This document shows, in pieces, positions 20,820 to 30,600 of a DNA stretch of 64,000 bases. Source of the DNA: a virus (lineage: Duplodnaviria; Heunggongvirae; Uroviricota; Caudoviricetes); IMG/VR virus record IMGVR_UViG_3300033067_001661, positions 141,624 to 205,623 of that record, one strand, 5' to 3'. The translations under genes and the position numbers were made by a program. The stretch's first letter is position 1. Every line of letters starts with the position of its first letter. Below the pieces are notes generated by a model. It was given only the letters and a program-made list of their open reading frames with translations. It was not told the origin of the DNA and searched no databases.

Positions 20820-21887
20820 TCATATCCTAACTGATGACTTGTAAAGCTTTAGCGCCCCATCCTGAACCCCAACGATAGAGTCAGAGCCGAAAGAATTCTT
20901 CTTCACAAACTTAACTTCGTCTTTATTGGCAAAATCTCTTCTGACTTGCCACATAGTTCTATCGCCACGAAATAAAGTTCCGTCATTCCTTCCAGCATAG
21001 AAGTTCTTTCCATTGCTCAAAACAGAGGTTACTCCAAGAGCGGTTGGGTCATCGCAAGCGAAGCAATTATTGACAATCTCCTTATACAGAAGAGACTTAT
21101 CTATAACATACTCAACACCAAGATTTATAGCATTTGATATCGTCTTTGCATCAACAATATACTTGCCTATGAAAACAAGTTCGTCGAGGAAGCCAGCATT
21201 ATCCCTCAAAAGAGAACTATAACCAATAGCTGACTTATTGATGCTAAAATAGGTTGAGTTTGTATTTATATTCGACGGAATTGACAGTCCATCCTCGGAG
21301 AAAAGATTCGCCTTAACTCCATTTATGTAAACATCCAGTCTTCTTCCAGGCCCATAATACGAAATCCAAAAATGATGAAGCTTACCGGCTTCGTATCTTT
21401 CCGTTTCAACAGCAACCTGTCTCTTGTCTCCTCCTGTTAGAAGAATCTTCATAACATTGAAGCCGTCTTCTCTACTTTCTTCATATATGACAAAAGTACC
21501 GTTACTTGAAGTTACATACCCGGTTGAACTTGTATACAAAAACTCAGACTTATCAAACAATGCCATTCTGTAATAAACAGTAAGATTAGTAAGAGGGCTT
21601 ACGGTTGGCGAAATCCAAAAAGGCCTTAGCCAAAAACCGATTGAAAACTCTGTATTGTTACTGAGCAACAAAGGAAGCGACATCGACGATTTTGGTCGCA
21701 TTCTAAGACCATTACCATTCTCCCCTCTTTCTATAAAAGGGAATCTATCACCAAACAATTGTAGAGTTTGTTCACTAATCTCATCAATAATAGGAGCAGA
21801 TTCGAACTTCATGAAGAACTTAACATAATCTCCAATAAGAAGCCTATTGTAATCTGTTGCTAGTATGTTTAGATTGATTGTTTCCAT
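20820..21887 (-). CDS. LamG/concanavalin-A-like domain virion protein
   Basis: FSIGFWLRP, HHFWISY, LDVYINGV, GFLDELVFI are LamG-type motifs. Start moved from the ORF track's 21911 to the ATG at 21887 (METINL), which follows AAGGTG and the upstream stop. Confidence 0.7.
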   Translation of the reverse strand: METINLNILATDYNRLLIGDYVKFFMKFESAPIIDEISEQTLQLFGDRFPFIERGENGNGLRMRPKSSMSLPLLLSNNTEFSIGFWLRPFWISPTVSPLTNLTVYYRMALFDKSEFLYTSSTGYVTSSNGTFVIYEESREDGFNVMKILLTGGDKRQVAVETERYEAGKLHHFWISYYGPGRRLDVYINGVKANLFSEDGLSIPSNINTNSTYFSINKSAIGYSSLLRDNAGFLDELVFIGKYIVDAKTISNAINLGVEYVIDKSLLYKEIVNNCFACDDPTALGVTSVLSNGKNFYAGRNDGTLFRGDRTMWQVRRDFANKDEVKFVKKNSFGSDSIVGVQDGALKLYKSSVRI

Positions 21888-21888
21888 A

Positions 21889-23304
21889 TTACACCTTGCT
21901 ATAAATAACACTTAGAGAGAATCTATTATTCAAAAACTCGTCATTTGATTCAGAAATAGATCGCTCAATCCAAACATAAACAACCTCATTAGGCTTTAGA
22001 TCTTTACCGCTCGCTCGATTACCTAAAACATTAATTGAAACTGCTGTTGCTTCATTATTGGCGTCGAAAAACTCAGAAACATTAGAACCGCTTGGAGCTT
22101 TCGTTCCTGATTTTGTTCTATGCGAAGGAGCCGTATCTATATAAAACTGGTCGCCAATTGAAATAGAATTTGGCAATCTCTCGTCAATTTCTATTGTTCC
22201 ACTACTTGCTGTAAAGGACTTAACAAGCCTCTTTTGTCCATTGTTATTACCTGATATGAAAACAATAGGAGCGGCTACAAAATGATTATCTTCGTAAACT
22301 CCAGCTAAATCAGCAACAGCAAATGCAGTTATACCAGTAGACGTAGAAGCTCCTGAATAATAATCGCTATTTGGAGCCTCAATAGCAAGTCTAACAGTAG
22401 ATAAGTTATTTCTACTGTTTATCTTGAAGAAAACCTTCATATCTTTAGCAATATCCTCAGCATGTTCATTTTTGATAGCAATGCATCTATACTGCTTTCT
22501 TTCAGGACTAAAGTTCAAATCAAAGAAATCATTCTTCAATATTTCCCGAACGATAGACCCCTTTGAATGACTTCTCAAAGGAGTATTGTATGCATTTCTT
22601 TCTGCTATATAACCAGCATTACTAGACCATTTGCTAATTCTTATGATTTCTTCGCCTATTTGAACGTATTCACTCTTCTGTAAATCAACTATTGAAAAAC
22701 CATCACTTACAGATTGTCCAAGATACAATATCTTATCATATATGGAAACTGAAGACAACAAAGCCGCTCCTCTGTAAAGCTCATTCGTACTAACATAGCC
22801 ACCCAAAGATTGAGTGTAATTGTTTTGCAATGACACTGGCTCTGCGCTTGTTAGATGATATGTAATATCAGTTGATAAAGTTGAAAACGTTGAGTTAATG
22901 TTTGTTGTTTCTGCGGAAAAATATGCCCAAGTACCAGAAACCGATGTAAAAGCCGTATCTTTAAGGAGCATTGAAGACAAATAATCAAAAGAATTAACAG
23001 ATTCTGCAAAAACCTCGACATAGGTATTCAATGACTTTACTAGCTCTGATATGGGTTGTCCAACTAGCGGTATTTGTACAAGAGTAGATTCCGTTCCTGA
23101 CGAATCAATAAAAACACCCGCCAAAACCTTAATACCCTCAACAGTCAGAACGCAAAACTTTGCAGAAACAAATGGAGTTACCGAGTTTTCGCTCTTTGCG
23201 AACTGAATTCTAAGCGCAGAATCATCAACTGGCTCATAGAGAGCCTTATCCGTCGAAGTCAAATTATAAGTACCTGAAATCGTTTTTTGAGAGAACAAGC
23301 TCAT
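21889..23304 (-). CDS. Virion structural protein with inserted small beta-barrel modules
   Basis: 471 aa; QSLGGYVS..QYRCIAIKN..DLKPNEVVYVWIER scaffold seen in phage tail-tip proteins, with VQIGEEIIRI..ERNAYNT..HSKGSIV and FISGNNNGQKRLVKSF..IGDQFYI inserts. Confidence 0.6.
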   Translation of the reverse strand: MSLFSQKTISGTYNLTSTDKALYEPVDDSALRIQFAKSENSVTPFVSAKFCVLTVEGIKVLAGVFIDSSGTESTLVQIPLVGQPISELVKSLNTYVEVFAESVNSFDYLSSMLLKDTAFTSVSGTWAYFSAETTNINSTFSTLSTDITYHLTSAEPVSLQNNYTQSLGGYVSTNELYRGAALLSSVSIYDKILYLGQSVSDGFSIVDLQKSEYVQIGEEIIRISKWSSNAGYIAERNAYNTPLRSHSKGSIVREILKNDFFDLNFSPERKQYRCIAIKNEHAEDIAKDMKVFFKINSRNNLSTVRLAIEAPNSDYYSGASTSTGITAFAVADLAGVYEDNHFVAAPIVFISGNNNGQKRLVKSFTASSGTIEIDERLPNSISIGDQFYIDTAPSHRTKSGTKAPSGSNVSEFFDANNEATAVSINVLGNRASGKDLKPNEVVYVWIERSISESNDEFLNNRFSLSVIYSKV

Positions 23305-24863
23305 ACAGTGACCTCTAGGAATGATTGTCCGTCGTAAATATGTATCCTCTTGGAGTTTCTAGGAACAATGTAAAGCAATGAATTATCTGAGTACAACCTA
23401 TATAACTGAGACCCAAAGTTCTTGATATACGTTACATTTGTTCCGTCATAATGATAGAGACTTCCATTTTTACATCCAAAAAATAGCTTATCCCTAAACT
23501 GATGCATCGCCAAAATTTCAGAATCAATTTCGCTTAGACTGAAAACTTCCTCTAACACAAAGCCTGTCCATCTATAGACCAAAGCGGTACTATCGCTTGT
23601 TTGAGCCGAAGCATACAATATATCACCATAGACCGCCAAGCAATTAATTTGCTCATTGACGTATGTTATGAAAGAGCCATTAGGGTTAAATCTGTGAATA
23701 GAAGGCTGGCTACCGTTCTGAGCAAGCCAAACAGTATCAGCATTTTGCGAAACGATATCAGCAATATCGTTGTTATCAATTTCAAACAAAACTCTAAAGC
23801 TTCTTGTTTCAGAGCTAGTTCTATTAGCGCCAAAATCCTGGAACTTAACTTTCAAAGTCTTAACGCCGTCATCCTCTGTTAGCGCCCAATACTTTACGTT
23901 CGCAAATGATTCTGGAGGTCCAACAATATCTTCTTCTGCCTCTTCTATAAACTGCATAGAATGAACACCTGTAACCTCATCATATGCATACATCTTAACA
24001 GAAACGTTTTCATTCCTTGTAAATTGTTCAGAATCGTTGATTTGTATATATCCGCTTGGTGGCTTCGTGTCTATCAAGAAAAAGCCTTCTTGAATAATAG
24101 ACACATCTCTAACATTAATTTCTTGCGATTTGTTTCCGTCGTCGTCAGCTAGATAGATAGTTAAAACATAATCGTCTGAAGGAGGTAATAGCGAAGTATC
24201 CCAAACAATAGGGCCTGCGCCAACTGGCATTCTTTGCGCAACAGGAGTGTAAGGAATTTGAGCTTTTAATGAACTGAAATAAATGTAATACTTAGCTCTT
24301 TGAGTAAAGCCATTCATAATACCAGAATCATCAAAAATGAACTTAACTGTTGAGCCGTATCTAGCACCAGGAATAGGAGAAAGAACTGTTGGAGTAACAG
24401 GTTGTGCTTTCCTTATTGAGAAAGAAGCAGCAGAAATAGACATAGTGCTTCTCTCTCCTCTACTATTAACAGCCCTAACACCAACTCTAACATTTTGACT
24501 CTTAATGCTGTTTCCAACTTTCCACAAAAACTTACCTATTCCAGACGGAACAGAAGCAATCATCTTCCAATCCGGTTCTGTCATGTAATCATAATTTTCT
24601 GTGAAATAAATTTCGTACCAAACTTCCAAATTATCTGTAGAAGGAGGAGACGGCTCTTGCCATGAAACCTCTATTTCTCTTGTAAGAATATCTTCTCCGC
24701 CATTTGGGTAAATAAGTGTTGGCCTATTGATAGCATTCTGTGGACCAGACGTTAAGATAGTCGGGATCGAAGGAGGGGTTGGTTGCGCAACGACTCTCCA
24801 CTCGAAACTCAAATCGAATGTATCAGGAACCGACCATATGTATGTTACAGATAAAGTTGACAA
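23301..24863 (-). CDS. FN3/Ig-like plus beta-propeller virion protein
   Basis: 520 aa; TTG start with AGGAG 8 nt upstream; LIYPNGGE..EVSWQEP..VGVRAVN (FN3), DTKPPSGYIQIN..DGVKTLKVKFQD (Ig-like), propeller-like C-terminus. Confidence 0.7.
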   Translation of the reverse strand: MSTLSVTYIWSVPDTFDLSFEWRVVAQPTPPSIPTILTSGPQNAINRPTLIYPNGGEDILTREIEVSWQEPSPPSTDNLEVWYEIYFTENYDYMTEPDWKMIASVPSGIGKFLWKVGNSIKSQNVRVGVRAVNSRGERSTMSISAASFSIRKAQPVTPTVLSPIPGARYGSTVKFIFDDSGIMNGFTQRAKYYIYFSSLKAQIPYTPVAQRMPVGAGPIVWDTSLLPPSDDYVLTIYLADDDGNKSQEINVRDVSIIQEGFFLIDTKPPSGYIQINDSEQFTRNENVSVKMYAYDEVTGVHSMQFIEEAEEDIVGPPESFANVKYWALTEDDGVKTLKVKFQDFGANRTSSETRSFRVLFEIDNNDIADIVSQNADTVWLAQNGSQPSIHRFNPNGSFITYVNEQINCLAVYGDILYASAQTSDSTALVYRWTGFVLEEVFSLSEIDSEILAMHQFRDKLFFGCKNGSLYHYDGTNVTYIKNFGSQLYRLYSDNSLLYIVPRNSKRIHIYDGQSFLEVTV

Positions 24864-24900
24864 TTATACTACTCCTCCAGGTGCTGGTGCGGGAGCCTGA

Positions 24901-26547
24901 TTAGGCGGATTGACTGGGGGTGCTTGGAGGCGGGGGAGGTGGCGGAGGTGATGGAGGAACATACACAGAGCCTTCTACATAATCAATAGAAAGAATCCCT
25001 TCCTTCAATCCAACTTCCGAAGTTTCAAATGATACAGAAAATGTCATAGCATTACCATTATTAGGAATAAGAGTATAAGGAAATGACGGAAGGCCTGATA
25101 ACGGCATGCTAGCAGAAGAAGAAGTGACAGAATTTATAATCAAATTCTTGTAAATACCTGAATTCTTCAACACAAAATATCTTGACAACGAACGGTCTCT
25201 TTCAACGGTTCCAAAATCTGTTTCTTGACCATCAACAAGAACCGAATCAGAAGATCCAGAAGAAAAGCCCTCGCTAAACTCAATCTTCGATTGTTGCAGA
25301 ACGGCATAAGTAAGAGTAAAATCATAAACAGAGTTAGTTCTGCTATTAGAAACTATTTGAACACTAATAGATTTACTACCTTCAACATTGGTTGATAAGT
25401 TGATATTGATATTACCATAAAACGATGGCGGTATAACAGTACCAGGTCCAATAGAACCCGAAGAAAGATTACCGTCTTCACCGATGGTAACTGATGATAT
25501 TATCAACGAACTTGAGCCTGTATTATAAACTCTAATTGTAATAACAGTTGTAACACCAATCGGGAATGAAGACAAAGAAAAAGAAGATCCTTCAACTATT
25601 GTATTACCCTGGTAGGACGGAGCAATAGTTGAAAACAAATCTGGGCCAGTTGAAGTTACTGAAAATTGATAACCAAAAGCAAACCGGCTTATCAATGCAT
25701 TGCTTTCAACAACTACCGTATCCTCATTAGGGCCTTGAATTTGTGAAAAATACTCAAATGATATTGGAAGAAATTCGCCTTTCTGAATTTCAGTAATAAC
25801 TGTAGGCCATGATTCGGCCTCAAATGTAATATATCTATTTTCTGATGAAATTCCACCTTGCGGTATAATGATTTTCTCATCACCAACGTTATAAAGGTAA
25901 AACTTATCTCCACCTGGTTGCTTGATAATATCAGGCAAAGAGGTCGAATCTTTATCTTCCATAACAAAACCAGATTCAGTTACGGCAAGTAGATAACCAA
26001 TTTCTGTAGAATTTATTATCTCAATCTCAATTGAATATACTCGTATTTCAACAGTTTCCTGTAAAGGGTTGGTTCCGTCAAAAGACAGTACAAAATCAAA
26101 TTTGTCTGAAGATAAATCTTCATCAACTGGTATGTTATTCAAGTAAAAAGAAACTACCGCTGTCTTAATTAAACCTTCACTATCATCATTTGTAATTCCG
26201 TTAACGATTTGAGAATTTAGCTCAAGGTCACCTCCGTCAATTGCAACATAAGGCTGCAAAGAGATAGAAGCTCCCCCGCCTTTAGTACAATCAAAAGAAT
26301 ACTTAACCTTAAACTTCAAAGCGGCAGTTGTTGGATACTGTGCTATAAACTCGGCAATTTTTACATTTTTGAAATTATACGCAATATGTTCTGTTGTAAA
26401 AGACTCTTTCTCGGACTGTACAGAAGCCCAAACATCATTAAGAGGATTCTCGCCGAGACTATCAGTAACGTTGCTCCAAGTCTCTCCCTCTTTTGTTGTC
26501 AAGAGATCTAAGTCTTCAGCAAATGAGTTATAATTAGGGGCTGCCAT
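24901..26547 (-). CDS. Protein with choice-of-anchor-D/ASH-type Ig-like domains and poly-proline tail
   Basis: 548 aa; TIRVYNTGSSSLIISSV..VQIVSNS and DFGTV..FVLKNSG..LIINSV motifs; poly-Pro C-terminus. Confidence 0.65.
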   Translation of the reverse strand: MAAPNYNSFAEDLDLLTTKEGETWSNVTDSLGENPLNDVWASVQSEKESFTTEHIAYNFKNVKIAEFIAQYPTTAALKFKVKYSFDCTKGGGASISLQPYVAIDGGDLELNSQIVNGITNDDSEGLIKTAVVSFYLNNIPVDEDLSSDKFDFVLSFDGTNPLQETVEIRVYSIEIEIINSTEIGYLLAVTESGFVMEDKDSTSLPDIIKQPGGDKFYLYNVGDEKIIIPQGGISSENRYITFEAESWPTVITEIQKGEFLPISFEYFSQIQGPNEDTVVVESNALISRFAFGYQFSVTSTGPDLFSTIAPSYQGNTIVEGSSFSLSSFPIGVTTVITIRVYNTGSSSLIISSVTIGEDGNLSSGSIGPGTVIPPSFYGNININLSTNVEGSKSISVQIVSNSRTNSVYDFTLTYAVLQQSKIEFSEGFSSGSSDSVLVDGQETDFGTVERDRSLSRYFVLKNSGIYKNLIINSVTSSSASMPLSGLPSFPYTLIPNNGNAMTFSVSFETSEVGLKEGILSIDYVEGSVYVPPSPPPPPPPPSTPSQSA

Positions 26548-26558
26548 AAATTAAATCC

Positions 26559-27656
26559 TTACGCAGAAACTTCCCATTGTATTCTTAGAGATGCATTCCT
26601 TTTACCTAAAACTGAAGAATCAAATCTAGTAGTAAACTGAACTGAATTTCCATTATTAGGTTCTAAAACAAAAGGAAGAGAAGGCAAACCTACGAGGATA
26701 GCGCTTCCGTCAACAAGTATATTTGTTACTCGAATACCATAAGAAATGCCGCCATTTTCAAGCGTAATTGTCTTATTGATTACACTTTTATGATTGAAAG
26801 ATCCAAGGTTAACTGCATCCCCATCAAATACTTCATTTGAAGACTGTTGTACCTCTAAGCTAAATGGCTTAGCAATCTCATATATAACAGTAAATACAAA
26901 TGGATTTTCGTCAGGATCATTTGATGTAACAACAACAACAAATGATTTTTGACCCAAAGAAGCTGTATCCAAAGAAACAGTAAGTGTTACATTAGAATTG
27001 AAAGATAAATTAACCGCTGAAGATTCTGAAGGATCTGTAATAACAGTTTCATCTCCCTGTATAGAGGTTACGCTAATGCCTCCCTGAGGAATAGTAAGTG
27101 TAGGAATTGCGTAGTTATATATCTGAAAATTCACAAGACCAACACTTTCTTGAGCAAACTTACCAACATCAATAGACGATTGTTGCTGGATGCTACCTGC
27201 ACTATAAAGAATGGCTATGTCAGGATATGAAACAGAAGGAGCGGTAACTGAAAACAAAAACGTATACTTAAATTCAGAGTTTGTTGCATCATTAGAAACA
27301 ACAAACAAGGTTACACCCTTATTGCCAACAACAGATGTATCTATGTATATTTTTACAAAGATACCTTCTTGCGGCAATATATCATAGGGCAATTCAATAG
27401 CTTCATCTTCATTTACGCTGTAAACTGGTCCGTCTTTTTTGAAGCCAAATATCTTCTCAGAAGTTCCAGACCCGTCAGTTTTTATACCATCTGAAGGTAT
27501 AAAAACAGGAGCGGACGAGTCTTTATTAACAATAAAAACGTAAAAAGAGAACGTTGTATTCTGAACAAACGAACCTAAAGAAAGACTTCCTTCGTCAAAG
27601 AGTTCTTCGCCCTCACTTGAAGGACCGAAAATGTATTTTAGTTCGCCACTTGCCAT
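26559..27656 (-). CDS. Protein with three choice-of-anchor-D/ASH-type Ig-like domains
   Basis: 365 aa; repeated LGSF..F.I.N....DT.S.G.K...V.SND.DENPF pattern; AAGGAG SD upstream. Confidence 0.7.
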   Translation of the reverse strand: MASGELKYIFGPSSEGEELFDEGSLSLGSFVQNTTFSFYVFIVNKDSSAPVFIPSDGIKTDGSGTSEKIFGFKKDGPVYSVNEDEAIELPYDILPQEGIFVKIYIDTSVVGNKGVTLFVVSNDATNSEFKYTFLFSVTAPSVSYPDIAILYSAGSIQQQSSIDVGKFAQESVGLVNFQIYNYAIPTLTIPQGGISVTSIQGDETVITDPSESSAVNLSFNSNVTLTVSLDTASLGQKSFVVVVTSNDPDENPFVFTVIYEIAKPFSLEVQQSSNEVFDGDAVNLGSFNHKSVINKTITLENGGISYGIRVTNILVDGSAILVGLPSLPFVLEPNNGNSVQFTTRFDSSVLGKRNASLRIQWEVSA

Positions 27657-27696
27657 TCAAGACTCCTTAATTCAATATCGTCTTAGCCCTATATTA

Positions 27697-30600
27697 TCAA
27701 CCACCCTGAAGTCCACCTGAGCCTCCTGAGCCTCCACCATTACCGCCTGAGCCATTGCCGCCCGAACCGCCGCCATCCGGACTGCCACTTCCTTCATAAC
27801 CAATGTTGTTATTTATAGGGCCAGGTCCGCCTCCAAACCAATCCGAAGATTCGCCTATACCAAACTTTCTTGTCTTATAGTAATCAGGATTACCAAAAGA
27901 ACCCTTTACATCGCTAGCTGTATACTTTTCTCTGAAAACAGTAAAGTTATTGAAAATTGATACGCTTTGATCAAGAGTTCCACTTGTTGTCAAAGATATA
28001 GATCTTGTTATTGAATCAGAAGAACCACACTGACCAGGTATGTCAAGCGTTATAATGCCAATGCCGTCAATGTTTATGATACCATCATCCGCAAAGACAC
28101 TAAACGTTCCTCTATATACTCCATCTCTTATTTTCTCAACAACAATACCAGTTTGATCATTAATACCTTGCTGATAAACATTCATAAGAATACTTGACGA
28201 AAGCCCAAGTCTTTCAACAGACTTCAATCTTTCTAACAAAGCAATCTTTTGCTTATCTCTAAACTCAATTCTAGCATATATTGTAGAAACTTCAGTTATA
28301 TCATCAGATATAGAAGAAAGGTTGCTATTATCTATAACGCTTTCGGTCTTTGATTTACTTACAACAGGATAGCTCTTGAATTTAGGAACTGGCTGAGAAA
28401 AATCTTCGTCAAAGAACAAATCTATTTTGTATTCAAAAGAGTCATACAAAGCCATGAAGTCAACACAAAACGATTCAGTCTTACCAAAGAAGGTCAAAAC
28501 CTCACAACAGATTCTCTTAACACCATTACCTGAAGAAGCAACCCAAGGAGCTACAAATCTATTCCTTTCAACGAAGTACGCTCTAAAGAAATCTCTTTCA
28601 GCAGGGGTTGCAGCCGTATCTTTTTGAGTTTGCTCTGGAAGATCAGGTCCAATAGGAATCCATTCAGACCAATCTTCGTCGGTTTCATTTCTAAGTCTAT
28701 AAGCATAAGTTCCAGGAACGCCTATTATGTCAAGTTCAACAAAGCAATCCGTTATAACTGGTATTGGAGTATTAACATCAAGGTATGTTGAATACGCAAC
28801 GCTTCCTGGAGATATTCTAACCTTCTGATATTGATCAACCGTTCTATCTGGCGCTCCGCCAACAACAAAGAAAGATGGATCAGTTTCGTCCGTAAACATA
28901 CAAGGCAAAATCAAATCCTTATTCTTTGCGGTAAATTTACAACCCAAACTGCATGACTGATTGTAAACCTTCTTCCCGTCATGAAGAGTTAGATTGATAT
29001 TCTGAAATGGATCAATGAAAACAGAAGCATCATACAAATACTTTTCAGTTTCAGAGAAATATGTCAATCTTCTATCATAACCACCTTGACCAGAACACTG
29101 GAAATTATCATTTTCAGCATCATAAAGAGCCATGAAATAATCAGGAGAAGATGGAGACTGACTATCTAATAGTCTCGCATATCTAAAATCTTGCCATATA
29201 ACGTAGAAAATATCATTCTCTGTTACAGATATCTTCGGGAAAAGGCAGTTACCATCTGCAAGAGAAATCCTAAAGTCTTCAAAACCTTGACCGCTTGAAA
29301 GCCAATTCTGAGAGTCATAATCAGTCTTCCAAAAATCAGAAGCAGTCTTTTCGCAAGGACATAGAAGCTCGTATTCTGATTCAACAAAGAAGCTTCCATT
29401 CCTGTAGCTTTCAATAACAACTCTATAAGGAATACCACAAAGCAATGGCTGTCTAACAACACTCGAAGGAGTTAATGTTGTCTTTGTTTGCGATTCATAA
29501 AACTCAAATGGCAATATTTCTGGCGAATAAATAACGCTTATAGACTGACCAGGTTCTACACTAACACCGCTTGAAGGAAATGAGGAAGACGAAGAGAACC
29601 AATTAAGAGTATCAGTCTTTGTAAATGATGACATAACAAGATTCGTCTTTTCAGGATCAGCGTAAAAGCTTACTCTAAAATGAATATCTTCAGCAACGTC
29701 TGAGTTGTTTGAGAATGAACAACTTACGTCGCATCGAGAAGACTGCTTCGATGGACAATAATAAACAAACTGATTTTCTCCAACAACCGAAGTATTATCA
29801 AGCAAAATAACCCTTATCTGGTCTATAACAGGATTTGTATACAAGAATAAATCAAGAGTCTTCCTATCTGCGGATACGGTGATGGTATCATTATTTTCAA
29901 CACCTGCACCACCGCCACCAGGATAAGTAACACCAGGATGACCAAATACCGAGTTTGTAGATCCAAGCTTAGAGCCTGAAATAAACAACGCTAATATTGG
30001 AGAATTAAACTTAACTTTTGCAGTTACGCTTCCCTCTGAACCTTCAGGGTCAAAATGCAACAAAACGCTTCTTATTTTTTGACCAACCTCAACGCCTGGC
30101 AACTCAGTTAAAGAACCGGCAAAAGAAACACCACTATACCCACTTGTATTGAGAGAAGCCAAGCTCTGAGCAGCCACCTCAACAGGAGATTCATCCTCAA
30201 ACTCAAGAAGCGCTCTAACCTCGTTTGATTTTTCAAGTCTACCAGTTTTCAAATTAAGACCGGAATATGGTCGCAAAATAGCAATATTCTGTGACGCAAC
30301 AACATCAATGATGTTTGAGTTGATTTCGTATTCAACAACAGCGTATAAAACTCTTCCAGTTATATTGTCTTCATTAGATGGAGTGTAAGAAACAAGATAT
30401 TGTGTTTCATCAATAGCTGATAAGCCATTGTAAGATATTTGCTTATTATCAACTCTCCATCCATTTATAGATTCTTTAGAAGATATTCTCTTATACAAAA
30501 TAGAGTAATCCTTATCTTCGTAAAAGCTAATATTGAAATGGAATAAACTTGTTTCTGTAGCAAGGAATGTAAACTCAACAGCACAATTGAGTTGACTAAT

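Noticed and set aside
27700-27790. CRISPR-like or regulatory tandem repeat in the GC-rich stretches (also 7870-8040)
   Set aside because: They are low-complexity Gly/Ser coding tails with varied codons and no spacer structure.
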